From: Leptolyngbyaceae cyanobacterium
GTDB taxonomy: Bacteria > Cyanobacteriota > Cyanobacteriia > Phormidesmidales > Phormidesmidaceae
Direction of reading: 5' to 3'
Length of the DNA: 64,000 nt
NCBI GenBank assembly: GCA_965263355.1
Contig: CBDHHL010000032.1
Span: 704,001-768,000 of the forward strand
The notes below the pieces were generated by a model. That model did not search any database. It worked only from the letters and a program-made list of their open reading frames with translations, and was not told the origin of the DNA. Both the position numbers and the translations under genes were made by a program. Shown piece by piece: positions 37,664 through 50,408 of this stretch; positions within the stretch are counted from its first letter, which is position 1; the number at the start of each line of letters is the position of its first letter.

Positions 37664-39916
37664 CTATTTTTCTTGTAACTGCCAGGAGCCATCCCAATCG
37701 CTTGCAGGAGGATGTTTCTGTAGCGTTTGGCAACGTTCCAGGTATAGGCGAGTCGCCTGATCGTCTGGTGTTTGACGTAGCAGTTGCATAAATGTGTCAA
37801 TGGCAAGGTTAAATTTACGCTGTTGGTAGAAGCTGCGGCCTTTTCCATACAGGGTAATTTGTTCTTGTTGGGCAGGGCTGAGGGGCTGCGATCGCAACCC
37901 CAATACCTCATACAAATACACGGGCTGCCGTTTACCTCGCACACACACATAGTCCAGTTCTCTGACCCAAATGATGTCCTTACAGTGTTTGTAGGTGTTC
38001 TCGCTAATGAGAATCGAACAGCCATAGAACTTAGTGGCGCTCTCAATGCGAGAGGTCAAGTTAACACCGTCGCCAATGGCCGTAAACTCCATGCGTTTAC
38101 TAGAGCCAATATTGCCCGTAATCACATCGTCAGAATTAATCCCAATGCCAATTTGAACCGTGGACATTCCCTGGCTTTGTTGTCGTTGGTTAAAGTAAGT
38201 CAGCTGTTGCTGCATGCCCAGAGCCGTCTCCACAGCCCTCTGAGCATGATCCTCCTGGGGAATCGGCGAACCAAACACCGCCATAATGGCATCGCCAATA
38301 AATTTATCTAAGGTACCTCGATGGGCAAAAATCACATCCACCATGGCTTCAAAGTAGCGGTTGAGCAATACCACCACCTCTTCAGGAGAAAGCTCTTCTG
38401 TCAGTGTGGTGTAGCTGCGAATATCAGCAAACAGAATCGAAACATATTGTCGAGCACCGCCTAACGTCGTATTTTTACTATGCAGCAATTGTTCAGCCAG
38501 ATCCTGGCTCAAATAGCGGTACATGGTAGACCGCAACGCTTCTGTTTCTCGCAGAGCGGCCTCTGTCCGTTTGCGTTCAGTAATGTCCTGCACCGTACCT
38601 GTAATCCGCCCTGGCTCAATATGTACATGTTCATTGACCATACGTTCTGTGCCATCGGGTAAGCGCAATCGATAGTCTAGACGATAGGGCTTTTGGTGAG
38701 CCTGGGCCATATTCCAGGCCAACCCAACTCGACGCTGATCCTCTGGGTGCACCCGTTCTAGAAACAGGGATTGGCTAGGGGGGACTGAACCTATGGGATA
38801 CCCCAACAGGGTGTAAAGTTCATTAGACCAGATCAAGAAATTGTTATCTGGTAAGAGAGTATTCTCACCTGTGTTTGCTGTGGCAATATTGATGGTTTTA
38901 TCGAGCGCTTTTGCATTCACACCAATACTCCAGTCCCAGTTACCAAGCTGGGCAATGCGCTGGGCATTGGCTAAACTGGCTTCACTACGGGCCAGTTTTG
39001 CTCTACTTTGTTGTCGTTCTGTAACCACGACCGATAAGACTAAAGCGGTCACACTAATTACAGCAGCATAGGCTTGAAGCAACAATATGGCCTCAGTCAG
39101 ATTGCCTGCGGCTTTGGTGATAAAGGGACCACCTCGATGAACTGCCCCCGTCAAAGCAATCACGGACACCAGAAAACTGGCCAGGGTGGTACCACGAAGT
39201 CCTAGTCTCAAAGCTGACCAAACGACGAAGGGGAAAGGGAGATATTCTAAAGGATATTTTGCGATCGCACTATCCGTATGGGCACCAAATACCATGGCAC
39301 TGATGATTACCAGCATGCTCAGGCACAAACCCAGCTCCCAGCGTGAACCGATGCGCAATGACATCTGTCGTTGTCGTCCAGCGGCAAACGACAGCAAAAG
39401 CGGCGTCAACACTAAAATACCCATGCTATCTCCGAGCCAGATAACGATGGCATTGGACAACAACTGCGGCCTCGTCAAAACCCCAAATCCATACCCCACC
39501 AAAGTACTGTAAACAGCGTTAATGCTCGGCGTGAGCAACACCCCCAGACCGACAAACATCAATAGATCATCGAGTTGCCAATCGTATAACTGTAAACTCC
39601 GTTCCCAGCGACGCCGAAGAATATAACTGCCGACCAACGCCTGTAGGGCATTCCCAAAGCACAGTGCCAAGGACATTACCCAGGGGGCATTGTCAGCTAA
39701 TGAGGCCCAAAATGCGCCCAGGGCTACACCAACCCAAAGGTTTTGACCATTGAGCAAAAGCGCGGCCAGAGCGATCCCAGCCGGTGGCCACAGGGGTGAG
39801 GCAGCGGCTTCTATATCCAGTGCAGTGGTCGATAGCTGGGCAACGAGAAAAAAACAAACGGCCAGACTGCCAACACGCATCCAATAACTGGTGCGCCATT
39901 GATGCTGATTTACCAT
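37664..39916 (-). CDS. Class III adenylate cyclase with MASE1 and PAS domains and TPR-like tail
   Basis: MASE1 WPPAGIALA and WLGDSMG; PAS FLERVHPED; ILFADIRSYT, DKFIGDAIMA, FTAIGDGVNLTSRIES. Confidence 0.92.
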   Translation of the reverse strand: MVNQHQWRTSYWMRVGSLAVCFFLVAQLSTTALDIEAAASPLWPPAGIALAALLLNGQNLWVGVALGAFWASLADNAPWVMSLALCFGNALQALVGSYILRRRWERSLQLYDWQLDDLLMFVGLGVLLTPSINAVYSTLVGYGFGVLTRPQLLSNAIVIWLGDSMGILVLTPLLLSFAAGRQRQMSLRIGSRWELGLCLSMLVIISAMVFGAHTDSAIAKYPLEYLPFPFVVWSALRLGLRGTTLASFLVSVIALTGAVHRGGPFITKAAGNLTEAILLLQAYAAVISVTALVLSVVVTERQQSRAKLARSEASLANAQRIAQLGNWDWSIGVNAKALDKTINIATANTGENTLLPDNNFLIWSNELYTLLGYPIGSVPPSQSLFLERVHPEDQRRVGLAWNMAQAHQKPYRLDYRLRLPDGTERMVNEHVHIEPGRITGTVQDITERKRTEAALRETEALRSTMYRYLSQDLAEQLLHSKNTTLGGARQYVSILFADIRSYTTLTEELSPEEVVVLLNRYFEAMVDVIFAHRGTLDKFIGDAIMAVFGSPIPQEDHAQRAVETALGMQQQLTYFNQRQQSQGMSTVQIGIGINSDDVITGNIGSSKRMEFTAIGDGVNLTSRIESATKFYGCSILISENTYKHCKDIIWVRELDYVCVRGKRQPVYLYEVLGLRSQPLSPAQQEQITLYGKGRSFYQQRKFNLAIDTFMQLLRQTPDDQATRLYLERCQTLQKHPPASDWDGSWQLQEK

Positions 39917-40299
39917 TACTCGGTAGATGTCATGATTTCATGCAGCCCTGGAACTAAATGATAGCGCCAATAATCCCCTGAGAAAATCGTAGATGGGTAA
40001 GGACAGAATACCCAAAATTGATTTTGGGAGTGGACACTAATTAATCCACTAATAGTGTGTCAAGATTCAATATTCATGACTCACCGCCGATCTTCTAATT
40101 TAAGCTTGACACGATACCAGTTTTAAGTTTCCAAGTTTAACACCTAACGGTTGTTACTGATTTGAGATGTTTTTAGACAGTTCTGAAACTGTTATGTAAT
40201 GAATCTCATTGAGTCGTAAAGAATACCCATATAAGTAAACGATATCAATCTGCCTAAGCTAGAATTTCATGACCCTTTATTACCCTGAAGAGAGATTTT

Positions 40300-41589
40300 A
40301 TGAGTATGGAATACGGCTTGGGGACCAAGTGTCTACATGCAGGTCAGGAACCGGATCCCACCACAATGGCTCGGGCTGTGCCCATCTATCGCACCAGTTC
40401 CTACACGTTTCGCGACACAGAACATGCCGCCAATTTGTTTGCCCTTAAGGAACTGGGCAACATTTACACGCGGTTGATGAACCCTACCCAGGACGTTCTA
40501 GAAAAGCGGATAGCTGCCATGGAAGGCGGAGCAGCAGCTTTAGCACTCGCGTCTGGGACCAGCGCCATTTTTTACAGTATTATTAATATCTGTCAAGCGG
40601 GTGATGAAATTGTTTCTGCCAACACTCTGTATGGCGGCACCTACACAATGTTCAAGGATATCTTGCCGCAGATTGGCATCACCGTGATTTTTGTTGATCC
40701 TCGTAATCCAGAAAATTTCCGTCCGGCGATTACAGAGCGTACCAAACTGGTGTTCTGTGAAACGGTGAGCAATCCAGGGTTGGAAGTGTCTGATTTAGAT
40801 GCGATCGCAGCCATTGCCCATGACCAAGGATTACCCCTAGTTGTCGATAGTACATTCACCACCCCTTATCTACTACGACCGTTAGAACATGGCGCTGATA
40901 TTGTTGTCCATTCCCTTACCAAATGGCTAGGCGGGCATGGAACAGGCATTGGCGGTATTATGATTGACTCCGGCAAATTTGACTGGGCCTCTGGCAAGTT
41001 TCCCCTGATGAGCGAACCCGATGCCAGTTACCATGGCCTGCGCTTTGCCCATGATCTAGGGCCATTAGCCCCCATTGCTTACACCCTACGGATGCGACTG
41101 GTTCCCCTACGCAATCTAGGAGCCTGCATTTCCCCAGACAATGCTTGGATGTTCCTTCAGGGCATTGAAACCCTACACTTGCGGATGCAACGCCATTGCG
41201 AAAATGCTATGGCCGTTGCCGAGTTTCTACAACAGCATCCAGCAGTAGAATGGGTACGTTATCCTGGGTTGGAAACTGATAAAGCCTATTCTATCGCCCA
41301 ATGTTACTTAAAGAATGGCTTTGGGGCTATGGTTGTCTTTGGCATTAAAGGAGGGGCCGATGCTGGCAAACAGTTTATTGAACGGCTTGAATTGTTTTCT
41401 CACCTGGCCAATGTTGGCGACGCTAAGAGTTTAGCCATCCATCCGTCATCCACTACTCACTCTCAGCTATCAGAAGCCGACCTACAAAGCTCAGGAATTG
41501 CCCCTGAGCTAATCCGTCTAGCCATTGGCATTGAGGATATAGATGACATTATCAATGACCTGAAACAGGCATTAGCTACTGTTTCATAG
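40300..41589 (+). CDS. metY: O-acetylhomoserine aminocarboxypropyltransferase (sulfhydrylase)
   Basis: [16 protein letters not shown], PLP lysine in [33 protein letters not shown]. Confidence 0.92.
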   Translation: [429 protein letters not shown]

Positions 41590-41635
41590 TCAAACAATGA
41601 TCATGGCCAAAAAACTGTTTAGCATTAAAAATTAG

Positions 41636-41724
41636 CCCTTACCCTAAATCTTTCTCCCCTCAGGAGAAGGGCTTTGAGTCTAGCCTCTCTTCTCCTGAGG
41701 GAAAAGAGAGGCTGGGTGATGAAG
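41636..41724. repeat. Degenerate small dispersed repeat with two hairpins
   Basis: CCCTTACCCTAAATCTTTCTCCCCTCAGGAGAAGGG...CCTCTCTTCTCCTGAGGGAAAAGAGAGGCTGGGTGATGA; resembles a CCCTCACCCTAAATCCCTCTCCC...GGGGGATGAGGG repeat family recalled from filamentous cyanobacteria. Confidence 0.5.
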
Positions 41725-41837
41725 ACAAAACCAACGTCCCAACCATTCTTCACCCCCCTCACCTACCAAACAACACACTTCCAAACCAGTCTGCTTAAGA
41801 CACAACACCCCACAACACCCCTGTTTCAAATTTGCTA

Positions 41838-42959
41838 ATGACTATTGGCACCGTCAAGACCCAGTTTTTTCACCTTAACGAACCCTTTCCCCTCGAATCA
41901 GGAGAATCTTTTGACACCATCACCCTGGCCTATGAAACCTATGGCACCCTGAACGCCGATGCCAGCAACGCCATTCTAGTTTTCCATGCATTGACCGGCA
42001 GTCAGCATGCAGCTGGCATCAACCAATCAGTACCAGGGGTAGCTCCTTTATGGACAGATGAATGCGTTTTAGGCTGGTGGGATACGTTTATTGGCCCCGG
42101 TAAAGCACTGGATACAGAACGTTACTTTGTCATCTGCGCCAACTATTTAGGTGGTTGCTATGGCTCAACAGGACCTCGCTCAATAAATCCCCATACAGGC
42201 AAACCCTATGGCAGCCAGTTTGCCCAAGTCAGCGCCTGGGATGTTATTCACAGCCAGCTACGCCTGTTAGATTTTTTAGGCATTGAATGTCTGCATGCGA
42301 CCATTGGTGGCTCTTTAGGTGGCATGTTGTCAATTTTGCTAGCAACCCGATGCCCTCATCGAGTGAAGAATGTATTGCCAATTGCAACTGGATTGGAAAC
42401 AACCGTATTGCATCGCGTACATAACTTTGAGCAAATTCTCGCAATTCGTAACGATCCTAAATTTCAAGGCGGCGATTATTACGAGGGAGTCCCCCCTAAG
42501 GAAGGGTTGTTATTAGCTCGGATTATTTCCCATAAAACATTTGTTTCACTGGCAGTAATGGAAAAACGAGCCCGACAAGAAATTACATTTAAAGGACCTA
42601 TCGGTAAGTTTTATGAGCTTTCCAACCCAATTGAGTCCTATATGTTTTACCAGGGAAAAAAATTTGCAGAGCGATTCGATGCTAACAGCTATCTACGCAT
42701 TATGGATATGTGGCAGCGCTTTACCTTAAATGCCGAGCAACCTGCCTTATTCGAGCACTGCAAACATCAGCAATATCTAATTTTCAGCATCGATTCTGAT
42801 GTTTGTTTTTACCCAGAAGAACAAAAGGGCATTGTCAACACTTTAGAGGCAGCTCAGATGAACGTAAAATACATCACAGTCCATTCCGATAAAGGACATG
42901 ACTCTTTTCTATTGGAACCCGATCTATACGCACCTTATATTCACTTTATTCTCGGATAG
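41838..42959 (+). CDS. metX: Homoserine O-acyltransferase (MetX family)
   Basis: LAYETYGTLN, HALTG, GGCYGSTGP, nucleophile elbow GGSLGG, RFDANSY, GHDSFLLE; downstream of metY. Confidence 0.92.
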   Translation: MTIGTVKTQFFHLNEPFPLESGESFDTITLAYETYGTLNADASNAILVFHALTGSQHAAGINQSVPGVAPLWTDECVLGWWDTFIGPGKALDTERYFVICANYLGGCYGSTGPRSINPHTGKPYGSQFAQVSAWDVIHSQLRLLDFLGIECLHATIGGSLGGMLSILLATRCPHRVKNVLPIATGLETTVLHRVHNFEQILAIRNDPKFQGGDYYEGVPPKEGLLLARIISHKTFVSLAVMEKRARQEITFKGPIGKFYELSNPIESYMFYQGKKFAERFDANSYLRIMDMWQRFTLNAEQPALFEHCKHQQYLIFSIDSDVCFYPEEQKGIVNTLEAAQMNVKYITVHSDKGHDSFLLEPDLYAPYIHFILG

Positions 42960-43313
42960 CAATCTGTTCAAAACTAGAAATTTAAAGTTGTGTTTTCGCT
43001 CTGAATAGGCTGCTTTCACAAGCAATACTTGATATCTCGTATTTTTTCTTAGCCCATGCACAACATATACCAAAAAGCCTTAAATATCAGGGTCTTTTAA
43101 GAAATATAGAATCTTAATTAAATCCTCTTCTTATTCTAAATTCTAAGAATATTTAAGAATATTGGGGATAATAAGCCTGTTTCCTGAGTTTTAGCGAGTC
43201 TTTCCAATTGTTGACCCCTTGTACCATCCTCGAAGTCGTCCTTTATGGTATGTACGTAAAGAAGTATAGTGCATGTACGTAAATAAGGAAGTATCGAATG
43301 AGGTCACTATCAA

Positions 43314-43733
43314 ATGCTAGATAATCAGCCAGTCAAATGGTCTGCTCAGCCTGGTCCAAGTACCTGGAAAACCGTACCTGATTTTATTCAGAAAGTGTTG
43401 ACTGCTCAGGGATGCACCCTGCTAAAGTATCATCTTGAACGGCCTGATTTAGCCCATATCCGCTTTCAATATCTACCGTTCGCTTACCAAAGCGACCTCT
43501 ATTATCTGCAAAGATGGTCTCGTCATGAATGGGGAGTATCTCCTAGCCCAATCATCTTTCCATCTGAAGGCACTTGTTCCATGGCTGCCCTGAATAATGG
43601 CAATATGCTGTCATCTCTGGTCAAGCATACAGTTGCCAAAGTCTATGGCGACTTCCCGGACAATTCGCCCGTTCATCCATCTCCCTCTACTGAGCGATAT
43701 ATGAACGGTAAACCCTTACCGTTGGCAGGTTGA
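43314..43733 (+). CDS. Hypothetical protein
   Basis: 139-aa ATG ORF with an upstream GAGG; no motif recognised. Confidence 0.4.
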   Translation: MLDNQPVKWSAQPGPSTWKTVPDFIQKVLTAQGCTLLKYHLERPDLAHIRFQYLPFAYQSDLYYLQRWSRHEWGVSPSPIIFPSEGTCSMAALNNGNMLSSLVKHTVAKVYGDFPDNSPVHPSPSTERYMNGKPLPLAG

Positions 43734-43867
43734 TAAAGTTAATATTCCCTGGTGAATTCCCTTAGATGTCGAAGTCAGCATGTTTCTTTGTCAAGCCTTA
43801 TTCAGTCATTTGTTCGAGTTCAATCAGGGGAATTAACCAGGCAACATTACAGGCAACCACAGAAACA

Positions 43868-44368
43868 ATGAAATTGATTCCAGCGACTGAAGAACATTAT
43901 GCAGCTATTGGGAACCTGGTTACATCGCCAGAAGAACTTTATCTAGTCTGTCCCAATTGTAAATATCCTTGGAATGTCGAACAGTTACAGGTGACTGCAG
44001 CAAACCGCCATGCGCTGACTGTTGGTATAGTCGATAACATCGTTGTTGCGTTTGCTAACCTTTACGATCTGGTGCCTCAAACGTCTGCATTTATTGGCAA
44101 TGTTGTCATTGCTCAGTCTCACAGAGGTCAGGGCTTAGGCAAGGTTCTGATCAAGCATATGATGGCGACCTGCCAAGACAAATATCAAGTGCTACCCCAC
44201 ATATCTGTTTTCAATGACAACACCAGGGCATTGCTTTTGTACACAAAACTAGGCTTTGTTCCTTATGCTGTCGAACCCAGGCTTAACTTAAGCAATAAAA
44301 CAGTTGCGTTGATCCATCTGAAATATGCTGACCATCCTACAGAAATAAAGGCTGCCTCAAAAGCCTAA
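43868..44368 (+). CDS. GNAT family N-acetyltransferase; start likely ATG 43868
   Basis: Acetyl-CoA motif HRGQGLGKVL and NTRALLLYTKLGF. Confidence 0.88.
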   Translation: MKLIPATEEHYAAIGNLVTSPEELYLVCPNCKYPWNVEQLQVTAANRHALTVGIVDNIVVAFANLYDLVPQTSAFIGNVVIAQSHRGQGLGKVLIKHMMATCQDKYQVLPHISVFNDNTRALLLYTKLGFVPYAVEPRLNLSNKTVALIHLKYADHPTEIKAASKA

Positions 44369-44676
44369 TGGATTAACCATTGTGACTTTTCAAACAGCCT
44401 GTAAAACACATATTCGGTTGCCAGATTAAAACGTTTAGACTGTGATTTAGACTGTGATTTTAGATACCAACTCTTGAACGAATGCGATCATACTCTGAAA
44501 CCAGCTGCAACTTATAAGGTTGCAAATTTCAATAGTCGCAAGCAGCATAACGGTATTCATAATCAGTTCTCCAAGACCTTCAGCTACAAATACGCCATAG
44601 GTCAGATGCTTACAGATAGAGACTGATAAAGATCGTATAAAGTTCTGACAGAATTTCCATGATAAATTCCTGGTTC

Positions 44677-45654
44677 TTACTGACCTAGCATACAGGCCAG
44701 GGGAAAAAGCACATACTCTAAAAAGAATAAGCGCCAAATAAATTGATAGAAACGGCTGATCTGGGGCTTTTCTTGCAGATTAACTCGACGACTCATCCAC
44801 ACCATCAGCGTTAGCAAACTGCCATGGGTTAACAGTAAAAACACTGGCTGTACCGATGGCAGATTCCCCAATAGAGTCAAGCTGATCAACAGGCCATAAC
44901 TCAGACTGAGAACCCAGAGGGATAGCTGAAACACAAATCTGGGACCAAGTCGCACTGTAAGCGTATGGATCTGATACTGACGGTCGCCTTCTAAATCAGG
45001 GATGTCTTTGAAGAGTGCGATCGCAAACGCAAACATGACGACAAACACCGTTAATGCCCAAACTTCAGGAGGAAAAGCGCTCCAAACATCAGTGCCAGGA
45101 TTTAACCAATGACGAAAATGAGCAAAAAAGCCTAAATTTACAATTACGCCGCGCACCCCAAAAATACATAGGGCTGCCCAAAAGGGAAACCGCTTTAACC
45201 GTAGCGGTGGCAGGGAATAGACTGTGCCAATGGCCATACTCAGACCGACTGTAGCGAATAGAATCGGCCCCTGCAGTGCCGCCAACACCATTGCGAAACC
45301 TCCCAACACCATCACAATGCCACGACCCATGGCAACGGAAAATGCACCGGATGCCAGGGGCAAGTGGGGTTTGTTAATGCGATCAATAGCGATGTCCGTC
45401 AGTTGATTCAGACCCACGATATAAACATTGGCGCAGAGACTGGGCACCAGAGCGGCGGCGATGGCAAACAAGAATATCCATAATCTTGCGGTCTCTAGTG
45501 TCGACAAAACTGCAGCCATGGTCCCCAGGGCAACCACACTCAATGTGGTCCCCACAATGGTATGGGGACGAGAAAAGGCCCACAGGGACTGTAACCAGGA
45601 GCGCCAAACAAATGGATGATGAGAACGCTGAGTTTTGTTGGCTCTGATAATCAT
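44677..45654 (-). CDS. hpt: Homogentisate phytyltransferase (UbiA family, VTE2)
   Basis: FSRPHTIVGT, NVYIVGLNQLTDIAIDRINKPHLPLASG, YSLPPLRLKRFP, FKDIPDLEGD, FYQFIWRLFFLEY. Confidence 0.93.
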   Translation of the reverse strand: MIIRANKTQRSHHPFVWRSWLQSLWAFSRPHTIVGTTLSVVALGTMAAVLSTLETARLWIFLFAIAAALVPSLCANVYIVGLNQLTDIAIDRINKPHLPLASGAFSVAMGRGIVMVLGGFAMVLAALQGPILFATVGLSMAIGTVYSLPPLRLKRFPFWAALCIFGVRGVIVNLGFFAHFRHWLNPGTDVWSAFPPEVWALTVFVVMFAFAIALFKDIPDLEGDRQYQIHTLTVRLGPRFVFQLSLWVLSLSYGLLISLTLLGNLPSVQPVFLLLTHGSLLTLMVWMSRRVNLQEKPQISRFYQFIWRLFFLEYVLFPLACMLGQ

Positions 45655-46550
45655 GCTTCCTGCTCTCCTGCTTGTTTAATCCCCGTCAACAGACCGTAGC
45701 GAATCAGTCCTGTGCCGTAGCCTGTCATCATTAGCGGAATCGCCATGGCCCCTTCTACGGTTTTCCAACCCGCAGTCACAATGCCCCAGAGTACCAGGGG
45801 ATTAATCGCCGACTTAACCACATCGTCCCAAAAGGGGGCCACGGCTTTAGACCAGTCAGCGGTCTTTAAATCCAATAACGGCAAGTTTTGGGCCAGCGTT
45901 TCGTACTCTGCCAGGGAAATGACGTAGGGCAAATGGTACAGCCGATAAAGCTGAGCTAGATGATCTTTTTCTTGGGTCGTCAGCGGCGGGTCAGGAACCC
46001 GATGACACCAGGTCGCCACAATTAGCCTACCCCCTGGTTTTAGCACCCGGCAACACTCCCTTAGAAACTGCTCCTTATCGGGCATATGCTCACCGCTCTC
46101 CAGGGACCATACCAGGTCAAAACTGTCATCAGCAAAGGGCATAGTCAATGCATCCGCCACTTGAAACTGGACATGGTCTCCTAAACCCGCCATCGCCGCT
46201 CGAGCCTTGGCCCGACTAACCTGCACCGGACTTAGGGTAATGCCCGTAGCCGTAGCTCGATATTTACTGGCCAGATACAGTGTGCTGCCACCGATGCCAC
46301 AGCCCACATCTAAAATGCATTGAGGGACAGGGCCCGAGTACGATACAGGCACACCGCTCCAGTCTAAAATCTTTTCAATTAAGACCCGTTGCGCTTCCTG
46401 GGGATTATCGGTGTGACTATCTGGGCCATAGTAGCCATGGTGCATATGCTCACCCCAAACCTGCTCCCATAACCAGGATGATTCGTCATAGAACCCCTGG
46501 ATCCGCTGAGTCAAAAAAGATGGAGCAATATTCGTCGTTTGAGTTGTCAT
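45651..46550 (-). CDS. Gamma-tocopherol methyltransferase (VTE4-like)
   Basis: FYDESSWLWEQVWGEHMHHGYY, ILDVGCGIGGS, WSLESGEHMPDK, ATWCHR; tocopherol gene context. Confidence 0.9.
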   Translation of the reverse strand: MTTQTTNIAPSFLTQRIQGFYDESSWLWEQVWGEHMHHGYYGPDSHTDNPQEAQRVLIEKILDWSGVPVSYSGPVPQCILDVGCGIGGSTLYLASKYRATATGITLSPVQVSRAKARAAMAGLGDHVQFQVADALTMPFADDSFDLVWSLESGEHMPDKEQFLRECCRVLKPGGRLIVATWCHRVPDPPLTTQEKDHLAQLYRLYHLPYVISLAEYETLAQNLPLLDLKTADWSKAVAPFWDDVVKSAINPLVLWGIVTAGWKTVEGAMAIPLMMTGYGTGLIRYGLLTGIKQAGEQEA

Positions 46551-46748
46551 GGCAGCTTAGGCAAGGGTCACAGATGCTGTTGTCAGGGTAAGCCGGTTTT
46601 CCAGTTTCACGGGCGTATTTCTTAATTTATTAAGACCTCCAAGCCTGTTGTTAAGGAAACGGGCAGTTCTTGAAAATCGACTTACCCTAGGTATACAAGG
46701 GAATATATTTTCCATATCCGCCCCAGCATCTTCCGTCTGTTCTCATTT

Positions 46749-48925
<2,177 letters not shown>

Positions 48926-49141
48926 AAATGTCAACTATTTTTAGAAACCTCCATAGGGAACAATTGATAAAAGCACAATAGAAAGACATAATAATAAGAG
49001 AAAATTTATAAATTGTAGTCAAAAACTTAGAATTCCCATGGTTGTCAATGATAAACGGTAAACGTGACTACCGATCTTAGGGGTACGTATTTTGATAGCG
49101 TGTAAGGGAGGCTTGAAGCGTATTTGCGTCCCATCCAAATT

Positions 49142-50113
49142 ATGACCCCCTTGACTGTTATTCCCGTTGCCCAGCCTAAGCTCAGATTAGAAGCCTTTAC
49201 TAATTTATGTATTGCTTTATTGGCAGTATCTTTTGCCCCGATCTTTATTCGATTTGGTGAAATGGATATGGGACCAAATGCCACTGTTTTAAATCGGATG
49301 TTAGTCTTTTTTGTGGTGTTTGGCATAGGACAAGGGATTCGTCAGCTTTGGGATAAGTGGCGAACGGCAGAACAACCGTTTGAGGTTATGCCAAGCTTAG
49401 AGCCGATTAGCAATCTTCAATGGCTCTTATTGGTGGCTGTGGGGCTAGTATCTGCAACAACGTTGGGGCTATGGGCAATTTCGTTAGTCCATACAAGTGT
49501 GGCTAAGTCCATGCTGCTGAATAATCTGACTCCTGTATTTGCCAGTGCTGGTAGCTGGTTATTTCTGAGAAAACGGTTTGATAGACGATTTGTTGTGGGG
49601 CTTGCGATCGCAGTTGCCGGTGCCATTCTCCTGGGTTTAGAAGATTTACACGGAGGCGATACCACGTCATTAGTTGGGGATGCCTATGCGTTGCTATCTG
49701 CCGTCTTCTTAGGCGCTTATTTTTTGCTGGTAGAGCAGTTACGTCGCCGATTTGAAGCCACAACAATTTTGCTATGGCGTTGTGCCATTGGTTCAATGTT
49801 GCTGGTTCCATTTGTTTGGATCACTGAAGGACAGCTTTTTCCCAGTACCAGTATCGGGTTACTGGCAGTGTTGGGCTTAGGCATTGTTTCTGAAGGCTTA
49901 GGCCAGAATCTGCTAGCTGACTGCATGTGCAAATTTTCAGCCAGTTTTATTGCTCTCTTTTTATTACTAGAACCCATTGTCAGTGCCCTACTCGGCTGGG
50001 TATTTTTTGAAGAGAGCCTGAGTCCCATTACAGGCATAGGGTTTGCGGTTATTTTGGGTGGCATTTATCTAGCACAATCAAGTAAATCTGCGACCCAAGT
50101 GGGAAGCCATTAG
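49142..50113 (+). CDS. DMT/EamA family transporter
   Basis: About 10 hydrophobic segments in two EamA repeats; SFAPIFIR, GDAYALLSA, LLEPIVSALLGW. Confidence 0.9.
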   Translation: MTPLTVIPVAQPKLRLEAFTNLCIALLAVSFAPIFIRFGEMDMGPNATVLNRMLVFFVVFGIGQGIRQLWDKWRTAEQPFEVMPSLEPISNLQWLLLVAVGLVSATTLGLWAISLVHTSVAKSMLLNNLTPVFASAGSWLFLRKRFDRRFVVGLAIAVAGAILLGLEDLHGGDTTSLVGDAYALLSAVFLGAYFLLVEQLRRRFEATTILLWRCAIGSMLLVPFVWITEGQLFPSTSIGLLAVLGLGIVSEGLGQNLLADCMCKFSASFIALFLLLEPIVSALLGWVFFEESLSPITGIGFAVILGGIYLAQSSKSATQVGSH

Positions 50114-50408
50114 ATAAATTTGGAAAAGTCTTTTATTATAACAATGAGCCCGTACAATGGGGAAATCAGCCATAACGCCTAGATTTTAAGAGATTTGGCT
50201 GATTCTCTTTTAACATCTGGAAAAGAAAAATTTTGATGTGATAAGTGTTTTTGGTGGTGACGAGTATCTTGTGAGCGCTGAGCTGGGGAAATATAAGACA
50301 TGGCATTATTGTCTATGGTAAGCTGCTCAGTCAGCCTCCCGAAGGGTTCTTGGTGCGTCAGGTTAGCGATCTCATCTATGCGATTGCCAATGAGCGCTAG
50401 CTACTTTG

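Noticed and set aside
39917..40299. SAM riboswitch upstream of metY
   Set aside because: No SAM-I or SAM-II consensus recognised by eye; an Rfam scan would be needed to exclude it.
43250..43295. Direct repeat ATGTACGTAAA...GAAGTAT x2
   Set aside because: Two short copies only; may be an operator but there is no further support.
44435..44460. Tandem repeat TTTAGACTGTGA x2
   Set aside because: Only two units with no spacers; a simple local duplication, not CRISPR.
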